A DNA stretch of 64,000 nucleotides from Patescibacteria group bacterium (GTDB lineage Bacteria; Patescibacteriota; Patescibacteriia; Patescibacteriales; JBAZCA01): positions 92,403 through 156,402 of the forward strand of contig JBAZUL010000001.1 in the NCBI GenBank assembly GCA_041661405.1. Reading direction: 5' to 3'. Each line of letters opens with the position of its first letter. The first letter of the stretch is position 1. Positions 53,909 through 63,942 of this stretch are shown one piece after another. The translations under genes and the position numbers were made by a program. The notes beneath the pieces were generated by a model. It saw only the letters and a program-made list of their open reading frames with translations. It made no database searches and was not told the DNA's origin.

Positions 53909-56713
53909 ATGCATCTTGAGCGACTGGAAATTCAGGGATTTAAATCATTTGCCAGCAAAAACGTTCTCATATTTCCCGATCCTAACGGCGAAAGTAAGGG
54001 TATAACAGCGATTGTCGGACCCAACGGATCGGGTAAATCTAACATTGCCGACGCAGTTAGATGGGCTTTGGGCGAGCAAAGCATGAAGACGCTCCGGGGA
54101 AAAAAATCCGAAGACGTTATTTTCTCTGGCTCGGACAGAAAAGGAAAGCTCGGTATGGCTGAAGTTTCTCTTTATTTTAACAATGAAAATTCCGGGCAAT
54201 CCAAAAAGCGCGTTCAAACTTCCAAAAAGTCGTTGCCGTTGGAATTAAAAAGGAAAGAGCGGGAGGAAAACGAGGATGCTGAAATTTCCGGCCGGGAAAT
54301 AGAAGACGAAATTGTTTACTCGCAAATTGTTCTTACCCGGCGGCTTTTTCGCGATGGGGAGAGCGAATATCTCTTAAACGGTTCAAAAGCCAGGCTTTTG
54401 GATATTCAAATGCTTCTTGCCAAAGCCAAGTTCGGCCAACGCACTTATAGCGTTATCGGGCAGGGAACGGTAGAAGGGTTTCTAAATACCAGTCTCGCCG
54501 AGCGGAAGGAATTCTTTGACGAAGCGACGGGTGTTAAACAGTTTCAGATCAAAAGAGATGACTCGTTGAATAAACTTCGGGCAAGCTATGAAAATTTAAA
54601 CCAGGCTCGACTGCTCCTTGACGAAATATCTCCCCGGCTACGGACTTTGACCCGACAGGTAGAAAAATTGAAAAAACGTGATGAAATTGAGGCTGATTTA
54701 AAAGAACTTCAGTTAAAATATTACGGCAGGGAATGGCAGGAAATAAACGGTAGATTCAGCGAGTATAATAGGAAGTTTTTGGAACTGGAAAAGACAAAAA
54801 AAGAAAAAGAGAAAAAAATGGAAATTCTTGAAAGAGAGCATTCCCGACTGGAGGCCGAAGGGGAAAAAGGCGGCAAGTCCGACCTCTCACAAACAGAATT
54901 GTCTGAATCGCAGGGTGAAAAGGAAAAAATAGTTAGTGAGCTGGCCCGGCTTGAAGCGCGGGCGCAGGTGAAACTAGAGGCCGAGGGAAAATTTGACCTT
55001 TCCTGGATGAAAGAAAAAGTTGAGGAGATCGGCCGGGAACTTATAAAAATCGCCGAGGAAAAAAGAAAGGTAGCGGCCGAAGGGGAGAGCCATCAAAAGG
55101 AAAAAAATGGCTTGCAAGAAGATCTGCGCAAACTTAACGAAGAAATTGAGGAATTGGAAAAAAGATACCGACAGATTGGCATCGTATCACAAAGCGGGGA
55201 CGAAAAGATAATCTTAAAAAAAATTGAAGGGTTCCTCGCGAAATTAACCCGGCTGGAGTATGGCGCTGATTTAGCGGGGATGAAAAAAGTCATCGCCGAA
55301 GTGAGAAGCGAAATGGAGAAAATTATTTTCAGGAAAGAAGGTGATGATGACGGGATAAAAGCGATCCAGGAAGAATTGGAAATAAAAATAAAATTAAGAG
55401 GAGATCTCGCGGAGAAAGCCAATAAGGTCTTCCTTAAAGCGGGAATGGCGAGAGAAAAAGAAAAAATGATTATTGAAAAAGAAAAGGAAGTGAAAAATGA
55501 ATTATTAAAGCTGGAGAGGAAGCTCCGGGAAAATGGGAATGAGAAAAACGGAAACGGCGGGGAGGAAGATTATGAAGAATTAAAGAATAAATTAGTTGAA
55601 ATAAACGGACGGATTATAAAAATTAAGGAAAAAATTGAAGAAAACTCTCGGGCCGGCGAAGAAGAACGGAAACATTTATTCAGGATTCAGCGCGCGATTC
55701 AGGAAGTTCAGAATGAATTGAACATTCTCGGCAACCGGCTTAGCGAACTCCGGGTTTCGGCGGCTCGCTTTGAGACCAGACTGGAGGACTTGGAAAAAGA
55801 AATCAGGGAAAATTTTGTTGACATAAAAAGCGTAAAGAATTACCCGGTAGCCGGGGATGATTTTAACGCGCGGGCGGCTGAAGAAAAAATAGGCGCTTTT
55901 AAAAAGCAACTGGATTTAATCGGCGGGATTGATCCGGAAATAGAAAAAGAATATTTATCAACCAAGGAGCGGCATGATTTTTTAAGCGAACAGGCCGGAG
56001 ACCTGGCTCGGGCCATAGCCTCGCTTGAAAAGATTATACGCGAACTGGATGTAAACATAAAGGAACGTTTTGACAGGGAATTTAAAATTATAAGCGCCAA
56101 ATTTGAGGAATATTTTAAAATTTTATTTTCCGGCGGTAGCGCGAAAATCGTCAAAGTCATGGAATCGGCTTTGGATGAAGATCAGGAGGCGGGGGGCGTT
56201 CCGGCCGGAGAAGAGGAAGCGGAAGAAACCGAAGGGGCGGACGCCGGTTCTCATATTAAAGAAAAATATGGGTCTTCGGAAAAAGTAAAAAATCCTGCCG
56301 AAGATCGAATCGCGGGATTGAATAAAATAAAGTTTTTGCAGAAGCGTAACGCGACCGGCCTGGCAGGCATTGAAATTCAGGCCACTCCACCCGGGAAGAA
56401 AATTCGTTCCATTTCCATGCTTTCGGGCGGGGAAAGGGCTCTGACCGCTATCGCGCTCATTTCGGCCATTATCAGTGCGAACCCTTCTCCCTTTGTTGTT
56501 CTGGACGAGGTGGACGCGGCTTTGGATGAATCCAATTCCGAGCGGCTGGCGAAAATTTTGGATGATCTTTCTCATAAAACTCAATTCATAGTCATTACCC
56601 ATAACCGGGCTTCAATGCGCCGCGCCAATATTTTGTACGGGGTAACCATGCAGGATGACGGCGCCTCAAAGTTGCTTTCAGTAAAGTTGGAAGAAATAAA
56701 GCCCCGAAGCTAG
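53909..56713 (+). CDS. smc: Chromosome segregation protein SMC
   Basis: MHLERLEIQGFKSF, GPNGSGKSN (Walker A), a long coiled coil, LSGGERALTAIAL (signature) and VLDEVDAALD (Walker B). The upstream TTG start at 53816 is rejected. Confidence 0.92.
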   Translation: MHLERLEIQGFKSFASKNVLIFPDPNGESKGITAIVGPNGSGKSNIADAVRWALGEQSMKTLRGKKSEDVIFSGSDRKGKLGMAEVSLYFNNENSGQSKKRVQTSKKSLPLELKRKEREENEDAEISGREIEDEIVYSQIVLTRRLFRDGESEYLLNGSKARLLDIQMLLAKAKFGQRTYSVIGQGTVEGFLNTSLAERKEFFDEATGVKQFQIKRDDSLNKLRASYENLNQARLLLDEISPRLRTLTRQVEKLKKRDEIEADLKELQLKYYGREWQEINGRFSEYNRKFLELEKTKKEKEKKMEILEREHSRLEAEGEKGGKSDLSQTELSESQGEKEKIVSELARLEARAQVKLEAEGKFDLSWMKEKVEEIGRELIKIAEEKRKVAAEGESHQKEKNGLQEDLRKLNEEIEELEKRYRQIGIVSQSGDEKIILKKIEGFLAKLTRLEYGADLAGMKKVIAEVRSEMEKIIFRKEGDDDGIKAIQEELEIKIKLRGDLAEKANKVFLKAGMAREKEKMIIEKEKEVKNELLKLERKLRENGNEKNGNGGEEDYEELKNKLVEINGRIIKIKEKIEENSRAGEEERKHLFRIQRAIQEVQNELNILGNRLSELRVSAARFETRLEDLEKEIRENFVDIKSVKNYPVAGDDFNARAAEEKIGAFKKQLDLIGGIDPEIEKEYLSTKERHDFLSEQAGDLARAIASLEKIIRELDVNIKERFDREFKIISAKFEEYFKILFSGGSAKIVKVMESALDEDQEAGGVPAGEEEAEETEGADAGSHIKEKYGSSEKVKNPAEDRIAGLNKIKFLQKRNATGLAGIEIQATPPGKKIRSISMLSGGERALTAIALISAIISANPSPFVVLDEVDAALDESNSERLAKILDDLSHKTQFIVITHNRASMRRANILYGVTMQDDGASKLLSVKLEEIKPRS

Positions 56714-56750
56714 TAAGAGTGATAACTAATTGATTTTTGACCTATTTTTT

Positions 56751-58274
56751 ATGTCTTCCAAAGTGTTCTCATCCGCCGTCATCGGGCTGGACGCGGAAGT
56801 AATTGAGGTTGAAGCCGATCTGGGCGGAGGGGAGCTTGGGAAATTTACCGTGGTGGGATTGCCGGACGCGGCAATCAGCGAGTCCCGGGAACGGGTGCGT
56901 AGCGCCATTAAAAATTCAAATTTTTATTTTCCCAAACTTAAAGTAACGGTAAATCTCGCCCCGGCGGACTTAAGGAAACATGGTCCGAATTACGACCTGC
57001 CTATCGCCGTTAGCGTTCTGCTTTTAACCAAGGAGATTAGTCCGGCGGAAGACATCAGCAAAATGATGTTCGTCGGCGAGCTGGCATTGTCCGGAAACTT
57101 GCGGCCGATTATTGGGGTATTACCGATAGCCATTAAAGCTCAAAAAGAGAAATTCAAATATCTTTTTGTTCCCGAGGCCAACGCTAAAGAAGCGAAATTG
57201 GCCAGCGGATTGAAAGTAATACCGGTGAGAAGTATTTTTGAATTAGCAGAGCATTTAAACGGTCGGAAAATTATTTCTCCCTCGGTTGCGCATGAATTTG
57301 ATTTTTCTTCTCCGCCGTCGGCTTTTGACATGTCGCACGTTAAAGGTCAGGAGCACGTGAAACGGGCCGTAGAAATAGCCGCGGCCGGCGGTCATAATGT
57401 TTTAATGAGCGGAGCGCCGGGGTCGGGAAAAACTTTAATCGCGAGGACTTTGCCCTCCATTCTTCCGGATTTAAGCCTCGGCGAAGCTTTGGAAGTAACC
57501 AAAATATATAGTGTAGCCGGAAAATTACCCCAAAGCGCGGCTTTGATTACTTCCCGACCCTTCCGCTCGCCTCATCATACGGCTTCGGGGGTGGCGTTGA
57601 TTGGCGGTGGCGCCTGGCCTAAGCCAGGAGAAATTTCTCTTGCCCACAGAGGCATTCTTTTTCTTGATGAATTCGGAGAATTTCCCCGGGCAGTGCTGGA
57701 GAATTTACGCCAGCCGCTGGAAGACGGAGTTATTCATGTAAGCCGGGCGGCGGGCAATCTAAGCTTTCCGGCCAAATTCATGCTGATTGCCGCCATGAAT
57801 CCCTGTCCTTGCGGTTTTTTGGGAGACAAAGAGAGGGATTGTTCCTGTTCCGCTTCGCAAATATTAGGCTATAAGAGGGGGGTCTCCGGTCCGATCCTTG
57901 ACCGGATTGACATGCACATTGAAGTGCCGAGAATAAAGTTTGAAAAACTTACCTCGGAGAGCTACGGAGAGACATCCTCAGAAATAAAAGCCAGAGTAGA
58001 CGCGGCCAGAGAGGTTCAAGGAAAAAGATTTAAAGATTTGCCTTTTATAACCAATTCGGAAATGAGTTCCGACGCGGTCCGGAAATTTTGTCCGGTTGAC
58101 CCGGTTTCGGTAAATCTTCTTCGGGGAGCCGTGGATCAGCTTCACCTCTCGGCCCGTTCCTATTTTCGGGTCTTAAAGCTGGCGAGGACCGTAGCTGATC
58201 TCGCGGGCGAAAACAGGATATTAATGCCTCATCTCGCCGAAGCGTTGCAGTACCGGCCGAAGTTGGAATATTAG
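56751..58274 (+). CDS. comM: YifB/ComM family Mg-chelatase-like AAA+ ATPase
   Basis: Lon-like N-terminus (VEADLGGG..FTVVGLPD), GAPGSGKT, LFLDEF and a C-terminal helical domain. The ATG at 56751 is preferred. Confidence 0.88.
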   Translation: MSSKVFSSAVIGLDAEVIEVEADLGGGELGKFTVVGLPDAAISESRERVRSAIKNSNFYFPKLKVTVNLAPADLRKHGPNYDLPIAVSVLLLTKEISPAEDISKMMFVGELALSGNLRPIIGVLPIAIKAQKEKFKYLFVPEANAKEAKLASGLKVIPVRSIFELAEHLNGRKIISPSVAHEFDFSSPPSAFDMSHVKGQEHVKRAVEIAAAGGHNVLMSGAPGSGKTLIARTLPSILPDLSLGEALEVTKIYSVAGKLPQSAALITSRPFRSPHHTASGVALIGGGAWPKPGEISLAHRGILFLDEFGEFPRAVLENLRQPLEDGVIHVSRAAGNLSFPAKFMLIAAMNPCPCGFLGDKERDCSCSASQILGYKRGVSGPILDRIDMHIEVPRIKFEKLTSESYGETSSEIKARVDAAREVQGKRFKDLPFITNSEMSSDAVRKFCPVDPVSVNLLRGAVDQLHLSARSYFRVLKLARTVADLAGENRILMPHLAEALQYRPKLEY

Positions 58275-58370
58275 ACTGGAAATGATATAATGACTTAAGA
58301 AATCAGCCGCCGCCAGTAATCGGCTCGCAATAAAGTTTTTAATCAATAATAGCGAGCGGCAAGTCACTCT

Positions 58371-59768
58371 ATGTTTAGAAAAATTATTCCGTTTTTATTG
58401 CTTTTTATTTTTCTTTTAACCTCGGGTTTTGGTTGCGCGTTCATCGGCACGGAAACGCAAAACGCCATGAAGCCGATCAGTTTAAAATACTGGCGGGTTT
58501 TTGACGGGGAAGACGCTTTTGATGAAATAATAAAAAATTATAAGCTTCTTCATCCTTATATAAGCATTGAATACCGGAAACTCCGGTACGCCGAGTATGA
58601 AAAAGAACTTTTGGAAGCAATGGCCGAAGACAAAGGGCCGGACATTTTTTCCATCAGCAACTCCTGGGTCGGAAAATATGAGTCAAAAATTGAGACTCTG
58701 CCGGAAAAAATAACCATGGTTTATCCGGTGGAAAAAGGCACTCTGAAAAAAGAGATAATACCTGAACTTCGGACTGCCAAAACCATGAGTCTGAAGGACT
58801 TTAAAGATCAATTTGTTGACGTGGTGATTGATGACGCCGTAATAAACGCTAAAGACGGGGAAACCGGAAAACTAAAAGAAACGATAATGGGAATGCCGCT
58901 TTCGGTTGACGTTCTGGCGGTTTACTATAACCGCGATCTGCTTAATAATTCCGGCATAGCCGTCCCGCCGGCGTATTGGAATAAGAGTTTTCAGGAGGCA
59001 ATAAAAGGATTAACCAAGCAGGATATAAACGGCCAGATAATACAATCGGGCATTTCGCTCGGCGGCGGTAAAAATATAGAACGTTCAGGCGATATCCTGG
59101 CCGCGCTGATGTTGCAAAACGGCGCCGAATTGATGATTGACAACCGGGTGACTTTTGACCGGATACCGGCGGCTTTTGCCGGCGAAAAGTACAATCCGGG
59201 AATTGAGGCGCTTCGATTCTACACGGATTTTTCCAACCCGGCCAAAGAAGTCTATACCTGGAACAAGGACATAACCGGGTCGCTTCAAATGTTTTTATCC
59301 GGCCGGCTGGCCATGATGATCGGCTATGCCTATCATCTGCCGACCATCAAGTCCCAGGCCCCGAAGCTAAAAATCGGTATTGCCAAACTGCCGCAGATAG
59401 AAGGGAGCGGCCAAACCGTAAACTTTGCCAATTATTGGCTTGAGGTAGTGTCAAAAAAGAGTCAGTATAAAGATGAAGCTTGGGATTTCATCCAGTTCGC
59501 GGCTAAAGCGGAGAACGCGAAAACTTATCTCGCGAAGACCGGCAAGCCGCCGGCTCTGCGCTCGCTTATTGATGAGATGAAAGAAGCGGAAGAAACCGGA
59601 ATTTTTTCCGATGAAGTGTTAACCGCGAAAAGCTGGTATCATGGAAAAGATGCCCTGGCCGCCGATGAAATAATGGCCGCGTTGATTGACAATACGGCTG
59701 CGGGAGCCGATAAGATTGAAAATCTTATGAGCCAGGCGGCGACCAAGGTTCAGCAGACAATAGACTAA
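58371..59768 (+). CDS. ABC transporter extracellular solute-binding lipoprotein (family 1, sugar-type); no permease or ATPase adjacent
   Basis: Lipobox LTSGFGC, and a size and pattern (GPDIFSISNSW, MPLSVDVLAVYYN) typical of SBP_bac_1. Confidence 0.7.
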   Translation: MFRKIIPFLLLFIFLLTSGFGCAFIGTETQNAMKPISLKYWRVFDGEDAFDEIIKNYKLLHPYISIEYRKLRYAEYEKELLEAMAEDKGPDIFSISNSWVGKYESKIETLPEKITMVYPVEKGTLKKEIIPELRTAKTMSLKDFKDQFVDVVIDDAVINAKDGETGKLKETIMGMPLSVDVLAVYYNRDLLNNSGIAVPPAYWNKSFQEAIKGLTKQDINGQIIQSGISLGGGKNIERSGDILAALMLQNGAELMIDNRVTFDRIPAAFAGEKYNPGIEALRFYTDFSNPAKEVYTWNKDITGSLQMFLSGRLAMMIGYAYHLPTIKSQAPKLKIGIAKLPQIEGSGQTVNFANYWLEVVSKKSQYKDEAWDFIQFAAKAENAKTYLAKTGKPPALRSLIDEMKEAEETGIFSDEVLTAKSWYHGKDALAADEIMAALIDNTAAGADKIENLMSQAATKVQQTID

Positions 59769-59882
59769 ATTTCCAATTTTCAATAAAATGGTCAATGCTT
59801 AAATGTCCAATATCTTAAATGGGTTAGTTGCTTTAAATATTGAGCTTTGAGAATCGGGAATTAGGAATTTATAGATAGCGTT

Positions 59883-60464
59883 ATGAAAAAATATAAACAT
59901 TTAGTCTTTCTGTTTTCTGTTTTCTGTTTTCTGTTTTCTGTTAATATCTGTTCGGCGGCGATAATTGATGGGCTGATTTGCGCGACTGATACAACCGGGG
60001 CGTCAAATTGCAGTTTAAACGATTTTGTCCGTATTGGTACTAACGTTGTCCAGCTGATTTTCGGGCTGGCCGGTTCTTTGGCCTTGCTGTTCTTTATCTA
60101 CGGGGGTATAATGTGGGTGATTTCGGGCGGCAATCCGGACCGGGTTAAAAAGGGGCTGGATGCCATAAAGAACGCGGTAATCGGTCTAATAATAATTTTC
60201 GCGAGCTACATGATAATAAACTTTGTCATGACTTCGCTCGGGTATAAGATGAACGGCGGAGTCTGGAATACCACGCCGTCGGGTTCAACTACCACAGGTA
60301 TTACGCCGCCGCCGACTAGCCCTACCCCCACGCCGCCGCAGGGAGGATGTTGTCTAATATCCGATGCCGGCAGGTTTAATGAAACCTGCTCTAATAGCAG
60401 TTGTCCGGCGCAGTGCCCTAAAATCAATTGTCTACCCGTTAGCTGTCCTTGTGACTCTGATTAA
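59883..60464 (+). CDS. TrbC/VirB2-like pilin-family membrane protein with Pro/Thr linker and Cys-rich C-terminal tail
   Basis: A signal peptide, then two TM helices with GGIMWVISGGNPDRVKKGLDAIKNAVIGLIIIF (pilin-like), and a tail GGCCLISDAGRFNETCSNSSCPAQCPKINCLPVSCPCDSD. Confidence 0.6.
   Translation: MKKYKHLVFLFSVFCFLFSVNICSAAIIDGLICATDTTGASNCSLNDFVRIGTNVVQLIFGLAGSLALLFFIYGGIMWVISGGNPDRVKKGLDAIKNAVIGLIIIFASYMIINFVMTSLGYKMNGGVWNTTPSGSTTTGITPPPTSPTPTPPQGGCCLISDAGRFNETCSNSSCPAQCPKINCLPVSCPCDSD
59907..59940. repeat. 7-nt tandem repeat (TTTTCTG)x4 plus a 6/7 partial unit inside the pilin-like signal peptide
   Basis: Read directly: tttctg then ttttctg x4. It encodes FLFSVFCFLFSV. Confidence 0.9.
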
Positions 60465-60540
60465 TTTTTGGCGTATTCGTTTATTGTAAAAAATAAAGAG
60501 GTAATACGAGATTTCAAGGTTTTTTCCAACTTCAATTTCT

Positions 60541-61206
60541 ATGGTTAGTTTTAAAGCGACAAAAATTTTAGTCCACTCCGAGGTTTTAGCCGAAGAGTTT
60601 AAAAAGGCGCGCCGCGCCCGAGGTTTAGGCGTTCCCGAGGCGGCTCGGAAATCGCAGATCGGAATTAAATATATTAAAGCCATAGAAGCCGGCAGGCTGG
60701 AGCTTCTGCCGGCCGGAATTTACCGGAAGAATTTTTTAAGGGAATACGCCGATTTTCTCGGCTATGATTCAAGGGAGCTTTTAAAAAATTTTCCCGAAAA
60801 TGATAATGATAGAGAAACCGGCAATCCTTTTTCCTGCCGCGTCGCACGAACCAGAACTATTATTATCCCGAAGATAATGAGGGGGATCGGGGTCGCCGCC
60901 ATTGCCGTAGTATGCCTTTTTTACCTGCAGACCCGTTTTTCCGTAGTAGTTTCGCCACCAAGCCTATCAATCGCCAATCCGCCCGAAGACATGAAGCTTA
61001 ATTCCCGGGAAATAAACATCATCGGCACGACCGATCCGGAGACAGAGGTAACTATTAATGACAACTTGGTTTTGACCGGCGTTAACGGCGATTTTTCCAA
61101 AATAATTAATCTGCGCGAAGGGATAAATATTATCACCATAATCGCGAAAAATAAATTCGGTCCGGAAAAGAAAATTGTTAAGCAGATATTAGTAAGCAAA
61201 AATTGA
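60541..61206 (+). CDS. RodZ-like cytoskeleton protein (HTH + TM + C-terminal beta domain)
   Basis: HTH RGLGVPEAARKSQIGIKYIKAIEAG, YRKNFLREYADFLG, a single TM helix, and an Ig-like C-terminus. Confidence 0.7.
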   Translation: MVSFKATKILVHSEVLAEEFKKARRARGLGVPEAARKSQIGIKYIKAIEAGRLELLPAGIYRKNFLREYADFLGYDSRELLKNFPENDNDRETGNPFSCRVARTRTIIIPKIMRGIGVAAIAVVCLFYLQTRFSVVVSPPSLSIANPPEDMKLNSREINIIGTTDPETEVTINDNLVLTGVNGDFSKIINLREGINIITIIAKNKFGPEKKIVKQILVSKN

Positions 61207-61308
61207 AATCCGGCGGGATTTGTGATAACATCTTTGAAAGTTAAAAAAATAAAATTGATCGTTGGCCGTCCAAAAAAATAGTCTGTCGGCTGACAGTCAG
61301 GGATTTAT

Positions 61309-62433
61309 ATGGCTGAAGAAAAAAAAGCGTCTAAGGCCGGGGAGGAAGAAACTTTTTCCGGCGCCGCGGCCGAAGTTTCGGCCGGGAAATCGGCGGGCAA
61401 GAAGTCCGCGGACGACAAGGAAAAGGATGAAAAAATGAAAGCGGCTCTTACGGCTATTGACCAGATAAAAGAGCGGTTCGGTGAGGGTTCAATCATGCGG
61501 TTCGGTGAAGTGAAGGCGGCCCAGGTCGAAGCGGTTCCGACCGGTTGCCTGTCTTTGGATATTGCCTTGGGAGTGGGCGGCGTGCCCCGCGGCCGGGTCG
61601 TGGAAATTTTTGGGCCCGAGGCTTCGGGCAAAACCACCCTGGCCCAGCATATCGTCGCCGAAGTGCAAAAACTCGGAGGCATCGCGGCTTTTGTCGACGC
61701 CGAGCACGCCCTGGATCCCGATTACGCGGTAAAAATCGGCATTAATATCAAGGATCTTTTGATTTCCCAGCCGGATACGGGCGAGCAGGCCCTGGAAATC
61801 GTTGAAACTCTCGTCCGTTCCAACGCCGTTGACGTAATCGTCATAGATTCAGTCGCCGCGCTTGTTCCCCAAAAAGAAATAGAAGGCGATATTGGCGATT
61901 CGCACATGGGACTCCAGGCTCGCCTCATGAGCCAGGCTCTGCGCAAACTCACCGGCGTTATTTCCAAGAGTAAAACCATTGTTATTTTTATCAACCAGAT
62001 TCGCTTAAAAATCGGCGTCTTTTTTGGCAATCCGGAAACCACGACCGGGGGCATGGCGCTGAAATTTTATTCTTCGGTGCGGATTGAAGTCCGGCGGGCG
62101 GCTCAGATCAAGCAGGGCGACCGGATTATTGGTAGCCGGGTAAAATGTAAAGTGGTGAAAAATAAAGTGGCGGCGCCTTTCCGGACGACCGAATTTGACA
62201 TCATGTATAATGAGGGGATTTCTTTATCCGGTGATTTAATTGATACCGGAGTGTTGCATAAAGTAATTGCCAAATCCGGCAACTCATACAGTTATGGAGA
62301 CATTAAGCTCGGGGTAGGCCGGGAAAACGCCAAGCGGACGCTCAGGGAAGACAAAAAACTCATGAAAGAACTTCGGGCCAAAATTTGGACCACGGTTAAA
62401 GAGGAAGAAGTGAAAGAGTCAAACCAGAGATAA
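61309..62433 (+). CDS. recA: Recombinase RecA (possible shorter form starting at 61435)
   Basis: [29 protein letters not shown], and IVIDSVAAL. The 42-aa low-complexity N-extension is uncertain, because AAGGA precedes the ATG at 61435. Confidence 0.93.
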   Translation: MAEEKKASKAGEEETFSGAAAEVSAGKSAGKKSADDKEKDEKMKAALTAIDQIKERFGEGSIMRFGEVKAAQVEAVPTGCLSLDIALGVGGVPRGRVVEIFGPEASGKTTLAQHIVAEVQKLGGIAAFVDAEHALDPDYAVKIGINIKDLLISQPDTGEQALEIVETLVRSNAVDVIVIDSVAALVPQKEIEGDIGDSHMGLQARLMSQALRKLTGVISKSKTIVIFINQIRLKIGVFFGNPETTTGGMALKFYSSVRIEVRRAAQIKQGDRIIGSRVKCKVVKNKVAAPFRTTEFDIMYNEGISLSGDLIDTGVLHKVIAKSGNSYSYGDIKLGVGRENAKRTLREDKKLMKELRAKIWTTVKEEEVKESNQR

Positions 62434-62471
62434 TGAATCCGGAACCGAAAATAAAGATTTAACTAACCGAC

Positions 62472-62501
62472 AAAAAATCCCCTCTTATGAGGGGATTTTT
62501 A
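62472..62501. terminator. Bidirectional terminator between recA and efp
   Basis: aaaaatcccctc-ttat-gaggggattttt. Confidence 0.8.
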
Positions 62502-62534
62502 ATATTTCCAATTGCTAATCTTAATTCTAATTTA

Positions 62535-63092
62535 TCAGGCTCGTTCAACATATTCGCCCGAATCGGTATTAATAATAATTTCATCGCCTTCTTTTACAAA
62601 CATCGGGACGCCGATTTCCGTTCCGGTTTCCAGCGTAACTTTTTTAGTTACGCTCCCGGCTGAATTGCCTTTTACTCCCGGCGGGGCGGAAATGACTTTA
62701 AGTTTTATTTTTATGGGCAGGTCAATGGCCGCCGCCTTGCCTTCGAAATACAGGGCGTCAACGTCAATCCCCTCTTTCAAGAAGTTAATTTTTTCTCCCA
62801 AGTTTTCATTATCCAGGGAAAACTGATCATAGCTTTCATTGTCCATAAAGTAAGCCTGATGATCATCTTTGTACAAATAATTAACTTTGCGTTTTTCGGT
62901 CTGCGCCTCATCCAGCTTTTCGTTGCCCTGGATGGTCTTGTCCAGAATGTTGCCGGTTAAAAGGTTGCGAATTTTAATTTTTAAGACCGCTCCGCCCCGT
63001 CCCATTTTATGGTGGTCGGTTCTGATGACGGCGTAAGGCTCGCCGGAAATCCGAACCAGGCGGCCGACTTTTATTTCACTCATGCTCAGCAT
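62535..63092 (-). CDS. efp: Elongation factor P
   Basis: EIKVGRLVRISGEPYAVI..HHKMGRGGAVLKIKIRNLLTG and a three-domain length. Confidence 0.92.
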   Translation of the reverse strand: MLSMSEIKVGRLVRISGEPYAVIRTDHHKMGRGGAVLKIKIRNLLTGNILDKTIQGNEKLDEAQTEKRKVNYLYKDDHQAYFMDNESYDQFSLDNENLGEKINFLKEGIDVDALYFEGKAAAIDLPIKIKLKVISAPPGVKGNSAGSVTKKVTLETGTEIGVPMFVKEGDEIIINTDSGEYVERA

Positions 63093-63096
63093 ATTT

Positions 63097-63333
63097 TTAT
63101 CTTGAGGTGAACGGAACCAGGGCCATAATTCGCGCCCGTTTAACCGCTAAAGAGAGTTTTCTCTGGTGTGTGCCGCAAATGCCAGTCCTTCTTTTGGGTA
63201 GAATTTTTGAATAGTAATTCATGAATTTGCGGAGGTTCTCCGTATCCTTGTAATCAATGCTTTCAATGTTATTTTCGCAAAAAAAGCATTTTTTTTCTTT
63301 TTTAATTGGTGTTGTCATGGAATTAATTTCCAA
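63097..63333 (-). CDS. rpsR: 30S ribosomal protein S18
   Basis: CFFCENNIESIDYKD...LPKRRTGICGTHQRKLSLAVKRARIMALVP. Confidence 0.92.
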   Translation of the reverse strand: MEINSMTTPIKKEKKCFFCENNIESIDYKDTENLRKFMNYYSKILPKRRTGICGTHQRKLSLAVKRARIMALVPFTSR

Positions 63334-63429
63334 ATCCCAAAATCTGTATTTAAGAATTTGTCCCGAGGATCGGTGATCCCGATTTCTCGGGACTCGGGAT
63401 TGAAATTTGGAATTTGGAGCTTGGGATTT

Positions 63430-63891
63430 CTAAAAAGGTATATCTTCAACTTTTATCTCATCTTCAGCCGCTTCAACCGCCTGGAAACCGCGGGATGCCG
63501 GCGCTGACGGCTCTTCGTAGGAAGGGGCATCCTGAGCGCTGGACTGGCTATTTTGGCGATTACCCGGCCGGTCCAGTAAAATCATGTTTTCGGTTACGAT
63601 TTCAGTCCGGTATCTTTTTACCCCATCCTGGCCAACCCAGTCACGCGTCTGGAGCCGACCCTCAATATAGACTTTTCCACCCTTCTTCAGATACTGGCCG
63701 CAGATTTCCGCGAGCCTTCTCCAGGCGACAACGTTATGGAATTCGGCTCGATCCTGCCGCTGGCCCGAAGCATCGGTCCAGACTAAATTGGTGGCAACTG
63801 AAAAGCTCGCGACGGTCGCGCCAGCCGGAGTATTCCGGATTTCCGGATCCCGGGTAACATGCCCGATAATCATAACTTTGTTGAGAGTCAT
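63430..63891 (-). CDS. ssb: Single-stranded DNA-binding protein
   Basis: NKVMIIGHVTRDPEIR, an OB fold, and an acidic tail ending DIPF. Confidence 0.93.
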   Translation of the reverse strand: MTLNKVMIIGHVTRDPEIRNTPAGATVASFSVATNLVWTDASGQRQDRAEFHNVVAWRRLAEICGQYLKKGGKVYIEGRLQTRDWVGQDGVKRYRTEIVTENMILLDRPGNRQNSQSSAQDAPSYEEPSAPASRGFQAVEAAEDEIKVEDIPF

Positions 63892-63942
63892 AATTTTTAG
63901 GCCTAAGCCCCCGGTCTTAGCGGTAGCTTAAGCGGTAATGAA

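Noticed and set aside
63414-63857. 147-aa plus-strand ORF
   Set aside because: It is antisense to the clearly identified ssb gene, and the Arg/Pro-rich product is a shadow ORF.
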